This document shows positions 51,391 to 64,000 of a DNA stretch of 64,000 nt, piece after piece (within the stretch, counting starts at the first letter, position 1; every line of letters starts with the position of its first letter). The notes beneath the pieces are model-generated. The model was given only the letters and a program-made list of their open reading frames with translations. It made no database searches and was not told the DNA's origin. The translations under genes and the position numbers were made by a program. The stretch comes from the human T2T-CHM13v2.0 reference genome, Homo sapiens, in the NCBI RefSeq assembly GCF_009914755.1, contig NC_060925.1; one strand, 5' to 3'.

Positions 51391-54224
51391 AAAATTACTG
51401 AATGAAAAATGTCATTCTTGCCACTGAAAAAGAAGGCAGGCATAAAGTGACAACAGTACAACCATTCTCCCTGTCCCCCCTCCTCATTTTATCATGCTGG
51501 CCCCAAATTCCATAGATGTGGCTTATTTTAAGTGAAATAAACTGAACGCTCAAATTACTCATATGACTCCATATATTCAAAAATTTTCAGAACCAAAATT
51601 TACTTTTCACCTTAAATAATGGTACAAAAAAACCCAGTATATTGAAACCATGATTATTTAATGAAAATCACAATTTTGGTTGTAGTAATTATTTTGACCT
51701 CTGATGTGCAAAATGCAAAATAAATAATAGAAAAAAATAAATACAATGTAATGGCAAGATAAAAATTAGAATAGAAAAGAAAAATGAAGTAAATAAGATT
51801 AAAATGTTAGATAATATAGAGTATTAGGAATATAACATTAAAAAGCAAGAAAAAAGCATTATCAATAAAAGTTGGCTGAAAGATTCTAGAAGGGTAAACA
51901 AATAAAGATATTTATTTTTGTGAAGAAGCATTTTAAAGTGACATTCTAAAGTAGGATAAGCAAGGCAGGGTTAGGAGGAAGACATTCAAACCCATCCCTG
52001 AGGCAAAAGCAGGTAAGAGGCAAGTTTTTCATTGAATTTCATAAGGCATGAAGACAATTTATAAACATCAAGATGTCTCTCAAATGATTGCTGAGAATGA
52101 AAGTCGGCATCTCTAGCATACAGAAGAACCCTATTCCTCTGGCTTATAAATTTGAACTTAAAGATGCATTTTTACCTGAAGACAAGACAGTCTCCAATTG
52201 GCATAAATTCTTCAGAATCATTCAAGAGATACATCCAGAGAGGCAGTTTGGACTATTACTCACATTGAACTGGTACACTACCCTGTTGCCTACTTCAAAA
52301 TAAATGCTTTAGAAATAATTTTATACAATCTTGAATCATCACATTATATGTGCACAACACCACACCATAACTCTAAAACCATGCTTAGCCCAAATCTATT
52401 AGACTTCCACTACTTAAAAAACAAAGATGGTCCTATTCCTTATCAAGGCTAATATAATTGCCAATGTGTGTTTTTAAAACAACAAAGAAGAAATGGCTAC
52501 AGCTGTTCTTATTTGGTGGTCTTATTATATACAGCTAAAGGTTACTTGTTTATATGCTTCTAATTAGGATTGATTACAAACATTATAATAACAAACATAC
52601 AATAAAATCAATTATAGTAATAGACTTTACTGCCAATATTTAGTAATTTCCTGTTGCCATTAAGCCAGTTATTTCCAACTATGTGATTGCATTGGGAAGA
52701 TAATATTTTTATAGAGATTTGTTCCTTTTTTAGATATGAAAATAAAATAATACTTATTTTATTTCCAAATGGACAAGATATTTTCTATTTCTGTACTACT
52801 TGTTTCTCTCCTACACTCATTAGACAGCAACATCTTAATGAAACACATTTAAAAAGACAAATAAAAGAAGTTGTTTATGTACACAAGTCAGCTTGAATTC
52901 AGTTAAACAGGAGTTTCTTGAGGATGAGGTGGAGTAAGGAATTGAGCAGATGGGGGAGGGAGGCTTCATTATATTTTTGGTTTTGAAATAAACATATTAA
53001 CTATTCAATTATTAAAATATTAAATTAATCAAACATTTCAAATAATTTAAATTTAATCAAGCAGCCTATTGACAATATCTGAGATTTTCCTTACATTTTC
53101 TGAATTATTGTAGCAAGGATATGGCCAAAGTAACAATAGGCGGAACACATCATCCATCAATTAAGAGGCCTAAGGACTTGGTGTCCCATTGGAAAACCCA
53201 CCCAACTGGCCTTACATCATTGCCGATGTTTGAAGTTAGTAACCAGCAATTTGTTTAACTCAAATAAACATCAAGGAATTTATTACTGCACAGAACTCAG
53301 CCTTTTGGAGAACTTATTTTGCTCCTGTTTATAAATGATTGTATTTGTTATCATTTCTTTCCTTTAATCATTAGTAGAACATTTTGTAATTGTCTTCTTA
53401 TATTAACCACATGAGGTACATCAGTCCCATGTTCCCATTTTAGAGAAAGATGGTACAGAAACCTAGGAATATTTGGCTATACTCATAGGATAAATTGAAA
53501 CAAATTGTAGGGGAAGTAATGACATTAGTGTTTGTGTTCCCTGATATTTCATTAGATCTAGCTCAAAGCCCATTAAAACCAAATATTTTTAAAAGAGAAC
53601 TTTTATTAACATAGTTTTAAAATCCCATTTCTAAAACAGAGAGGCCTCCTGTAAAATAGGGCTGCATTCATTTTTCTTTCCCACTGGTGGTTTGTTTTTG
53701 CCCCTGTGTCACATTTTCCATACAATTTTATCTTCAATTACCACTGAGCTAAAAATAAATAAAGCATGTTTCCTAAATTGTCATAATTAGCAATGCCATT
53801 TTATAGGGAATTCGGCTGCTGCTTGAGTAAACAACTGTTTTTACTTAAATATTTGATACAGAATAGGAAGGCTGCTATTTTTCTTGATGATAACAGGAAG
53901 TCAGTTTTCATGTAAGTCATATGATTCTGACAGAGTTATTAGAAAACAATACGGAAGTTGGTTTTTAGAAATTATATTGTTTGAACGTCCTGCTTGTAAC
54001 TTTGCCCCTATGGAAAGATAGAGAGCATATTAAATAGAAGCCATTTAGAGCAAACTGTGAGGCCTTTGTTTGAGAATCTAGCTTCTCTCTTTCTAGATCT
54101 TCTACTCCTTCATGTACTCATAGGACACTATAAAAAATCACAAACAATTTCTTCAGGACAAACACGTGTTTCAGTGTGTCTGTTTTCTGGGGGTTTTCTT
54201 ATAATCTAGAAAAAAAACAAAGTC

Positions 54225-54390
54225 ATAGCATTTTAGAGCTGGAACAACTTTTTAGAATTATGTAGCCCAAATATCTCATTTTAGAGGTCATAATGAAATC
54301 CAGAGACATGAATGGATTGGCCTGGCAGCTGGTTAATAACACTAAGAAATGGACTACAAGTGCTCTTTCTGCTGGCCTCTGATTCCATAT
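54225..54390 (-). mobile_element. MIR
   Basis: atagcattttagagctggaac...tctcattttagagg..aatgaaatccagagac...ggattggcctgg. Confidence 0.6.
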
Positions 54391-57300
54391 GTTTTCTGTC
54401 CATTGCTTCCCCTCCTCCCCTAAGAAGATGCTCTGTAGTGAGGTATGACCCTTCTGGAGAAGAGGATAAACCTGATTCCTAACAGTGCCAGAGTACAGAG
54501 TAAACTCTAATGAATAAATTGACTTTGAGATTGGGAACCACTGCCCCACAGTGGTCTCACCTCTGAGAAATAACGACACTTGCTCATTTGTGTTGAAAGC
54601 AGACAGGACTAGACCTGTAACTTTTAAAATCATAGCAAGTGAATTCTTGGGAAAATAGTGAGTGAGATCACTGGGGAGGAAGGAGAGGCAAGGAAAGGCT
54701 CATTATGATGATAGACAGCCCCTAAATAATATTCAGAATAATTTCCTCCTAAATAAGAGGATCATACTCCACAGAAGCAGGTGAAAATGCAATTTTGGAG
54801 AAGCTGATAATGGTTCTGTCTCTGACATGTGTCTATTTCAAAAAAACTGGGGCTTCTGTTTGCTTATTTGGCAGACAGTGTGTGATTGCAATGAAGGGAT
54901 GAGGGCTGGCAGAGCCCTGATAATGGTAGGTGTGCAGTCTCTCCTCCAAACAGCTATAAAGGAAAAACCATTATGGTGCGTTGAAAAGCTCAAGGAAATC
55001 TAAACTGATTGGGGTGTGGGGGTTGCTGAGAAATGAGGTCATTGAATCGCTACATAAAATCAGGAATGATATAAAAGCATGATGTACAAGAAATGAGGGA
55101 GATCTTTCTGGCTTAGAAAGTTTCTTATATTTTTCCTAATGATTAAGCAATATCTGAAATTTACCGCAAGGTTTGTATCTATCATCAGTCTAATTTAAGA
55201 GGAATATACTTGCAGTTACAGTGTCTATTTAACCTGATCTCTTATGGTTCCCAATATTTCATTCTGTTCCTGAGATACTCCTATACTGAACATCTACATG
55301 TCATTTGCCTCTGTGTCTTTACACACGAAATGCCTCTACCTGGCAAAATAACGTCCCTTTTCTTCCCTCATTTATGCTCCCGACGTTTTCAAAATAAGAT
55401 CCACAAGATATCTCTACTAGCGACTCTTTTCCTCACTAAATGTTTCCTATGCCAAATTACATATTTACTATGAAGCCTCTTGATACACATGTACTTGGTT
55501 GATACTGCATTGGCTTTGATTTGTAACTATCTTGTTTTATAAGATTCTTGAATTGTTGTTATGTATTTAGATGCACTTCCCCAAAAAGCCAAAAAAATCT
55601 TGAAAATTTTTCTTGTTTTCTTTGTACTTTTACTGAAGCCAGTACATTGCCTTGCATGCAACGATCACAAAATGTTAGTTTTAATCGACTGCTTCCAAAG
55701 GCAAACAGTCCAGTTCTCTAGCTTCATTTCTTTTTCCACTATTTCACCGGTAGACATGTTGATGAACCATAGGGCAAAAACAGTCAATATATTTTATCTG
55801 ATTAATTTTTTAAAAATAAAATCATAACTCTTTATATGCATAGTAACCATGAAATAAGATTAAAATGTCACCTCTCTCCATTTAATGTAGAGGGAAAACA
55901 GACAGTATACTACACATGAGAAAAAAAAGTTACCCTAGGGGTCATTACATCATCTTCTTGACCCATCCAACACACTGGTTTTCTCTAAGCTTTGAGCACA
56001 AAATGAAGAAAGAACCATGTTATATGAAAAAAAAATGTGTCTTTAAACTATACAATCTCCCCAAGCTTGGCAAAACACTTGCACTAAGAGAATCCTGAGA
56101 CCAAAAGAGATATCTGAAGAGAGGTCCTGTGTCCTCTCTCAGGCAACCTTCAGGGCTTTTGCTTTTTGAGTCTCATGGAGGACTAAAATTCCCATTATAT
56201 ATACATATTTTTTTTAAAAAAAGCAAATGTATGTAGTTGAATTCTCATCAATTAAATGTAATATGGTGTAACTCCACTATCCTTTTGTGACCTTCTTCTT
56301 TACTCATTTTTGTACTTTGACCCTATCCACATGAGTCTTCTCCCTCTCTCTTTGTCTCTCTCACTCTTTCTCTCTCTCCATCTCCTAAATGTTGCAGGGG
56401 CTTGCCATTTAATCTAGCATCCAAATACCAAGCCACGATACTATGCCAACTTAAGAGTCCAGTTTTAGTTCCTGCTACTTTTGCTGCAACTGCAGCTATT
56501 ACTCTTCACTTTGGCTTTAATTCTGCAGTTATCAACTGAGTGCATCCTTGCTTCAAGCACTGTGCTGAGAATATAAAGATAAATAATACAAGGCTCCTGA
56601 GTTCAAGGAGTTTACAGTCCAGAGGTGCTATTTGCAATGTAATTATGATTTCTTGTTCTCTTTTATCTCTTCAAACTTTTAACAATTTGCATCTCACTAT
56701 ATTATCCTGAGCTCAGCTCCCCCTCATGCCACAAAGCTACCACATTCACTGCACAGAACTTAGGTTTTCAAGCTTACATTTTTTTCTCTGCCACAGGTTA
56801 CTTAGACTTTTAACAGACGTTTATTTCCTCCAGTTCCCCCATCATAAAGAGCCAACCATGAGGCAACAGGATCAATGGCCTCCTTGGTTTCTTCCTTTCC
56901 AGTGCTGTCACCATCTGCTACTTCAACTGCTGATGTCAACTTGCTCAGTTATCTTGCCTTTCCAGTGAGGTTGCTGCACTGCATGGCTTGCCTTCTGCGT
57001 AATGGAAGTGACTATCTAGTCCCATGGATTTCAGTGGAGCAGGACTGGCTTTCCTATCCCCAGGGGAGATTTTAAAATTCTGAATCTCAGATGGTTAATT
57101 TTACTTCAAAGCTTTTCCCCTCCTGTAGCTAAAAAACAACATGATTCGTTTTCAAAAGATGCCAGTTGTCATTTAACTGCAATAATTCAAGAAATTTAAA
57201 GACAGAAAAAGGTCTTATAGCTATTGAACATTTTCTTGCCCAATGCATGAGGTAAAGTTACAGCATAATTTAACATGATGCCTTTTCTAGGAAAAATCCT

Positions 57301-57649
57301 TTTCCACAAATTCATTCCCCACTAAAAGATCTGAGTAGTTGAAATCACACAAGTCTGTCTAAGCAGACTTGTTCTCATCTGAAGACTCATCCATTCTGGA
57401 TAAATGAGAGAATTCCTGAGGGTGACTCTTGCTCAGGCCTCATCAAAGGAACTATGTCTTTCTTGTTCAAGGAACAAAACTCAGTTTTATGATATAAAAA
57501 AGAAAAGAAAAACAGCATCAACTATTCAGAAGCAACTGCTTAGGGACTTTTATCAAGGTAGCTATAAAGTACATAAATCTGTTTAAAAAGTTTGCGTATG
57601 TCAGTCAAATAACTAAAAGAACAAATAGAATATGAGTGCTACAAGACAG

Positions 57650-57747
57650 TAATTTTTGCCTGGTTTCTTCACTGCTACATCTTTAACACCTAGAACAATG
57701 CCTGGCACATAGTAAGCACTCATTTAATATTTGATGAATGAATGAAC
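57650..57747 (+). mobile_element. L2 3' end
   Basis: ttcactgctacatc..acacctagaacaatgcctggcacatagtaagcactcatttaatatttgatgaatgaatgaa. Confidence 0.8.
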
Positions 57748-58186
57748 AATTAAAAGCAAAGCTGAAGGTGACAGCTGACCGCATAAAGCAAAAATGATTT
57801 ATGAGGTTCTACACTAAATACCAAAGGAATACAATGGTTGCTTATCATGGAAAAGTGCAATGTCTGTGCTAATGATATTAAAGGGAAAAAAATTGCTAGG
57901 GAGATGGAGAAGAATCATGCTACTGTGAGAGAAAAAAGGGTGGCTTTGGGGTGGACTTAGCTTACAAATGGTAAAGAATTACATGTCTTCTGGTAGCCCC
58001 ACAGAGCATTTTCAGAGGCTGGAAACCTTCTGGTTTCAGTTTGGTGGAGAAAAATAATAGATCCTATAAAATCAAGAAAGGAACTTATTCTTTTGACATT
58101 AAGACAGACCCACTTTTACCCTTCAGTCTGAGTAGCTATTCTTTTATCTAAGCCTCACATTTTTGTGTTCCTTTTATTTCCCTACT

Positions 58187-58360
58187 CTGGTGGCCCTCAG
58201 CCCTGGTGGCGCATCAGAATCACCTGTGGAACTTTTAAAAATTACAGTGTCTGGCTGCCACCCCCATTTTGATATATTTGGGCTGGGCTGGGGTCCAGGT
58301 ATTGGTTTTTTAAAGGCTCTCTAGATGATTTTAATATTTGTCTAGGACTGAGAAATTTTG
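58187..58360. mobile_element. MER5B-like hAT MITE
   Basis: ccctgg..gcatcagaatcacctgtggaacttttaaaa...ggctggggtccaggtattgg...ctagatgattttaat...ggactgagaa. Confidence 0.7.
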
Positions 58361-60084
58361 CCTTGCCTCGTGTTGCAACCTAGATACATTTTTATACTTT
58401 ACCATAGAGAATATATGGCAATTTTTCCTACCTCAACAAATTTTACCTATGTACTCTTTTCCTTTACCTTACACTGATTTCTGCATTCTTTAGTGGTCTC
58501 CATGAATACTCCGTTTGATTAATGACTTTCCTTCATGACCATTCTGACTCCTTGAAAAACGTTTGAAAACAGCCTTTTCAAAAGAACTTCAAATGTTACT
58601 TACACACAGAAGAATATGCAATGTAGATATCCAATTTTATTCTATTTTGGTTCAGAAAATGACTCTCTCAACTTATTTAGAAAATGACTATCTCAACAAA
58701 GAAGAAAATGTCAACAACAAGAAGTCCTTTAAACAACAAGCAGTGCTGAGCTCACACCATTCGAATGTTAGCAAATCTAGAATAGAAGAGAAATCATAGC
58801 TTTATCTTCAGACAGGTTTTTCTTTAATTCCCTTTTTTAGAAATCATCTCTTGTACACTCAAAAAACGTTATAAAGCCAATGCAAGGTAGGGAATGAATT
58901 CATTCACTATTAGAGAGAAGATACATTTCTATTTAAAAATTGTTCTCTTTTATACAAATAGTTTTAACTTATCTGTGGCTTGCCTTTCACATCTATGAAA
59001 TGAAAGATATTGAATATTTTATCCTTAATAGTTTATGAAATGTGATCAATAATCAGTATCCTGATGAAATTATTTGTTTTCCAAAGAAGATGAAGAATAT
59101 AATAGAAATTTTCAAAGCCAAAATTTGCTTCTAAACCAGCTACTCTGACTAAAATAAATCCACCTCCTGTCTTTCACTTGGAACTACAGCTAGCTTCAGG
59201 GTGACATTTAACTTTGGAAGGAAACTTCTGATCTTACACTCCTTTGTTGTCAATTGCCACTCAAAGTACTAGTTTTATAGGTGCATATTTATGAGATATG
59301 AAACATTTCTCCTTTCACATTCTGGAAAAATGCATGCTCTGAAATAAACAGTTATGGCAAATTTGGGAATATTTCAGCACATAGACTTTTTTAAGAAAAC
59401 CACTTGTCAATAATTTATTAAAGTACTACTAAAATTAAAGTTCAAGGAACAAAGAAAGCAGGTGGCAACATTTCTGGGACTTAACTTGGGATGGATTTAT
59501 TAATGGCAATTATTAGGAGAGAGAACCACCCAAAAGCACATTGGAAACCTAACAATATAAACCAAAGTCTGGCAGCAGAACTCCTACCGTTTTGAAGGGT
59601 AATGAATACTTTTATGACATGAGTTAGTTCCACAGTCCAAGACTAAGGAATGGAACTGTTCTTTACTTGTTATTAGTTATGAGCATTATGTATATATACA
59701 AGAGCAAACTATAAATACAAGAAACCTAAAGAATTGAGTCCTCTGGATGGGAAGCAGGGGAAAAAGAGTGTGAGTAGAGCAATGAATACCACGTGAGGAC
59801 TAATTTGGTAAACCGAGTGCTGTGCAATGAATACTGAGTACCTTCCATTAAGACGATTGGCTAGTATATAGCAGCCATAGCAGTGTTCCATGATGAGCAA
59901 ATACAACTATGAGTGTGAATTTGCTTGTACATAAAAAGCCTTCTGCTAATAGTAAATTATGTTCTGAATGTTTCCTTATAAATTAGTGAAGAGCAAAAGA
60001 AATAAAATAAAAAGTTAGTGACCTTAAAATAAATATGCATCATTTAAAAATACTTTATTATTGGTCACTTATGAACTTCAGTCT

Positions 60085-61070
60085 CATAGATTCAATTCTC
60101 TAATCAACATCTTCACCTGGGTGTCTAGTAGACATCTCCATTGACATGTCCTAAAACTCAACCTCTGATCTTCTCTCCTAAGCTTTTTCTTCAGTCTCTT
60201 TTTATTTCAGTTCATGGCAATTAGATCTTTCCAACCGCTCAGGGAAAAACCTTGGAGTCATTGTGACTCTTCTTTTTCTTGCCCTATATCCAATCAGAGA
60301 AGAGTAAATCCTTTGAATTTACCTTTAAATATATCAGAATCATACCACTTTCACTGCTAACACCAGAATCCAAGCCATCCTAATCTCTCACCAAATTGTA
60401 ACCATAGCCTTCTAACTGTTCTTTCTGCTTCCACCCTCTCCTTCCCCTCATTATAACATATTCTGAACACAACAGCCAGACTGATCCTGTTAAACTGTAG
60501 GTCAAATAGTGTCTCCTCTCTGCTCAGTATCTTTAAATGACTGCCCATTGCACCCAGAATTAAAACTAAAGTCCAATGTTGGCTCACAAGGCCCTAAAAA
60601 TATCAAGTCTCTGCTACTTCTCTCATTTCATCTCCAACACCTCTCTGCCTTGTCTTGCTCTCCCCTCTGCAGTCACACTGGAACACTGCAGCTCCTCAAA
60701 CTTTCTGTTGCTTCTGCCAGGTAAGCTCTTCATCCTGATGCCTGCATGCCTTATCCTACACCTCCTTTAGGTTTTTGTTCTAAAATCATCCACCCAAGAA
60801 GGACCCAACTGCCCTATATAAAATTACATACATCTCGACATCCAGAATTCCCTAAACCCCTTCACAGTTTTATTTTCTTCATAGCACTAATCAGCATATG
60901 ACAAACTATATATGAGTGTGCATCTGTGCACATGTGTATTTGTCTATTGTCTGTCTCCCCCTACTAGAATACAAACTCCTTGAGGACAAGCATTTTTGAC
61001 TCTTTAGGTCATTGCCATATCCCCAGGGCCTGTCACATGGAAGTTTCTCAATTGTTCATTCATTGAGACA
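60085..61070 (+). mobile_element. L2, long 3' fragment
   Basis: catcttcacctgggtgtctagtagacatctc, aaaaaccttggagtcatt, acagccagactgatcc, tgtctgtctccccctactagaatacaaactcc. Confidence 0.88.
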
Positions 61071-61257
61071 AACAATTAAATTAACATTAAAGTAACATAT
61101 TAATTTGTTCACTGTAGCATGAACAAATTAATATGTTATTGTATTTGTCACATTCAATTTGGTACTTTTTGTCATGGTTTTATTATTTTATTCTGGGCCA
61201 TGCCAGCTCATCTTTCATTTTCTTTTTTTACCCTATCATATATTTCTAAAGATCTTA

Positions 61258-61549
<292 letters not shown>

Positions 61550-62633
61550 TATCTCTGCTTTAAGCTCTTCTTTTTGTAGGGTGTACTTTTTTCATTATGG
61601 TTTTTTGTGGGTTTTAAATTCACAGTGATATATTTGGTTAAATTTTTCTTTTATTCCGTGCCAACATTTTTCTCATAAATATTCTCTGTCATTTTTTTTC
61701 TGTTCTTATGCTATTTTTATCTTTGATTATCTTTGTATGTGGATCCTATACTAGTTTATGTTTAATGACTCATCTTTGAATGAGGAAGGTCTCCTTGGAC
61801 CCATTGTTTGCAGTAGGGAATTACGAAGGAGGAACTCTCCTTATGGCACAGGGACCACAGGGATTTACGTTTAGGGAGCCTTTGCTTCTTTCTTGACCAC
61901 TGGGACTTACAGAGAGGCCCAGTGCCCTCTCTCGTACTCCTGCCGCACCAAACACTGCTTCCTGCAAATATGTTTTGCCTGCATGATTCCTTCACTAATT
62001 CTGCATTTACCTTCCCAACACTGTGTGACTCATTAGTAAGCACAAGGAAGGACCCACCATGAGCCCCCCGCTCCTTCCCAGTGTTGCTAATAGAAATTGT
62101 TAGCTCCGTGACCCAGAAGGGGAATCATTTCTTTGGAAAGTGCTCTCTCATGGCTTTCATTGAGATCTGCAGCCATAGGTATTCTCACTCCACATCTTCA
62201 TACACATTAACTTTATTAATATTGGCAGATCTTCCTCTAATTCTGTGATTTGGAGTTTCATATTTCTCTTAAGTTAGTTGAAGATGGAATTCTAAAGTAC
62301 ATATATTTATATGTTAACATCTGTTACATCTAAGTAAGGAAAAATACAGAATATATTATTTGCTACTTTTTTGAGTGTTTAAAATATTTTATAATTAAGT
62401 GTATCAATTTTATTTTTGCCAGATTTATATAAAGCATATAAATTAAATGTGTTAATTAGATATCCTACAGCTGTAATCCTCCTAAGTATCCACAATATTT
62501 TTGGCTTGCTGTTTCTCACCTTAGAATGACTAAACTAGCACATTAGAATAAATAAGGAAGAATAACATTTAGTAGGTCTTCTAATATGCCAACTTTAACA
62601 ACCGCTGTTTTATTTATTTTAATGGATAAGAGC

Positions 62634-63005
62634 TTTATTAGTCCGTTTTCACACTGCTATAAAGAACTTCCCTGATACTGGCTAAATTATAACCAAAAGA
62701 GGTTTAACTGACTCACAGTCCCACATGGCTGGGGAGCCTCAGGAAACTTACAATCATGGTGGAAGTGGAAGCAGACACCTTCTTCACAAGGTGGCAGGAA
62801 GAGAGAGAGCATGCGAAGAAGGAACTGTCAGACACTAATAAAACCATCAGATCTCGTGAGAACTCACTATCACAAAAACAGCATGGGGGAAACAGCCCCC
62901 ATGCTCTAATCACCTCCCACCAGGTCCTTCTCTCGACATGTGGGGATTATGGGGATTATAATTTGAGATGAGATTTGGGTGGAGACACAGATCCAAACCA
63001 TATCA
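62634..63005 (-). mobile_element. THE1D-like solo LTR
   Basis: tattagtccgttttcacactgctataaagaact...cctcaggaaacttacaatcatgg...ccaaaccatatca; TSD agagc at 62629-62633 and 63006-63010. Confidence 0.92.
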
Positions 63006-63235
63006 AGAGCATGGACTCTGGATCCAGAGTGCCTCACCTTAAATTCTATGTCCGACCCTTATAAGGAAAGTGGCCTCGGGCATATTATTTAACATTTATG
63101 CCCTTTGGTTTTCTCAGCATAAAATGAGGATAATATTAAGATTGTTGTGAGAAGTAGGCAAATTAATACTTTTAAAACATGTAGAACAGTGCTTGACACA
63201 TAGTGCTATTATATAGCAGAAATTATTACTACCAT
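63006..63235 (+). mobile_element. MIR (5' tip at ~62621-62633 displaced by THE1D)
   Basis: agagcatggactctgga..cagagtgcct...ttctcagcataaaatgaggatataa...gattgttgtgagaa...agaacagtgcttgacacatag. Confidence 0.8.
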
Positions 63236-64000
63236 TATTCCATGTTTCATGGATTCATATGTCGTTTAAATAATTTCAATAAATGTAAAATTTTACTACA
63301 TACTACATATTATTAGTTCTCCTGGTTATTTTTATTTGGAATGTTAAATAGATGGAGTCTCAAGTTCATATTTTGAAAATTAGTGGTTAAGGATGTGACA
63401 ATGATTTAATGAGAAATTCTCATCTCCAGGCCATTTAAATAGCCCATTCTCATGGTTACATTATAATATTCTATGTCCATAAATCTTTCAGTTCCATAGG
63501 ACTTTTCCCATGGCTGTATCTCAAGTTCCATAGTTCTAGAGTCTGTAACATAAAGCAAAGAGATAAAAATCACTTATAATTTCCTTTCTGAAATAAAATA
63601 TAGCAAATATTTAACTAGAGCTTTTCCTCTTGCTAGTGACATCCAGTCCTATATGTAGTAACTTAAGGATGAAGGCGAAATACCTGTTTTTTACTCTTTC
63701 ATTCACTGAATACATTTACTAAGAATAAGGCATTATGGAGCATGGGAACTAAAGAGATTGATTAAGCAGGATATCTGCTCTCCAGGATCTTCTGTCAAAT
63801 AGAAGGGATAACATGAGCATATGGTTGCTCAGGAAGCCTTGCTGAGTCAATGAAGTAAAAAAGGAGGAAAGAGCTATTAAATAACTCTATTCTTGGATGT
63901 TTCATTGTGGAGCACTCATTTTCTGGTGATTAATTGTTTTGAATGTAACTTCAACTTTATGGGTTAAGAAGTTGACAGCATCCTAGGGCTGGCTACATCT

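Noticed and set aside
57349-57372. Perfect 9-bp stem-loop ACAAGTCTG-TCTAAG-CAGACTTGT
   Set aside because: Stems of this length are expected by chance in 64 kb; no supporting context

Overview
AT-rich, CpG-poor primate (human-like) genomic DNA, intergenic or deep intronic. I find no credible protein-coding gene, rRNA, tRNA or CRISPR array, and I cannot name the locus from sequence alone. A large share is transposon relics: 8 Alus; L1 fragments from L1PA to L1M age; L2, MIR and L3/CR1 pieces; MER5 hAT MITEs; a complete THE1C-like MaLR provirus with TSD; solo THE1D, MSTB, MLT2A2 and MLT1 LTRs; and a fragmented ERVL provirus ending in an LTR33-like LTR. The supplied ORFs are repeat-derived or chance ORFs. 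The less obvious signals are a frameshifted but collinear RTE-clade reverse-transcriptase fossil (~13.1-14.0 kb), a CpG-retaining 330-bp element with Crypton-like terminal architecture (~6.7-7.0 kb), a replication-slippage repeat containing three D-box cores, an Alu with an (A)n(GAA)n middle tract like the FXN repeat, an internally inverted L1 nested in an ERVL, and DUX motifs in MLT2A/THE1 LTRs. I see no convincing new biological system; these are fossil or regulatory leads. Subfamily names are from memory of consensus sequences. Boundaries of old repeats are approximate, except where TSDs fix them.
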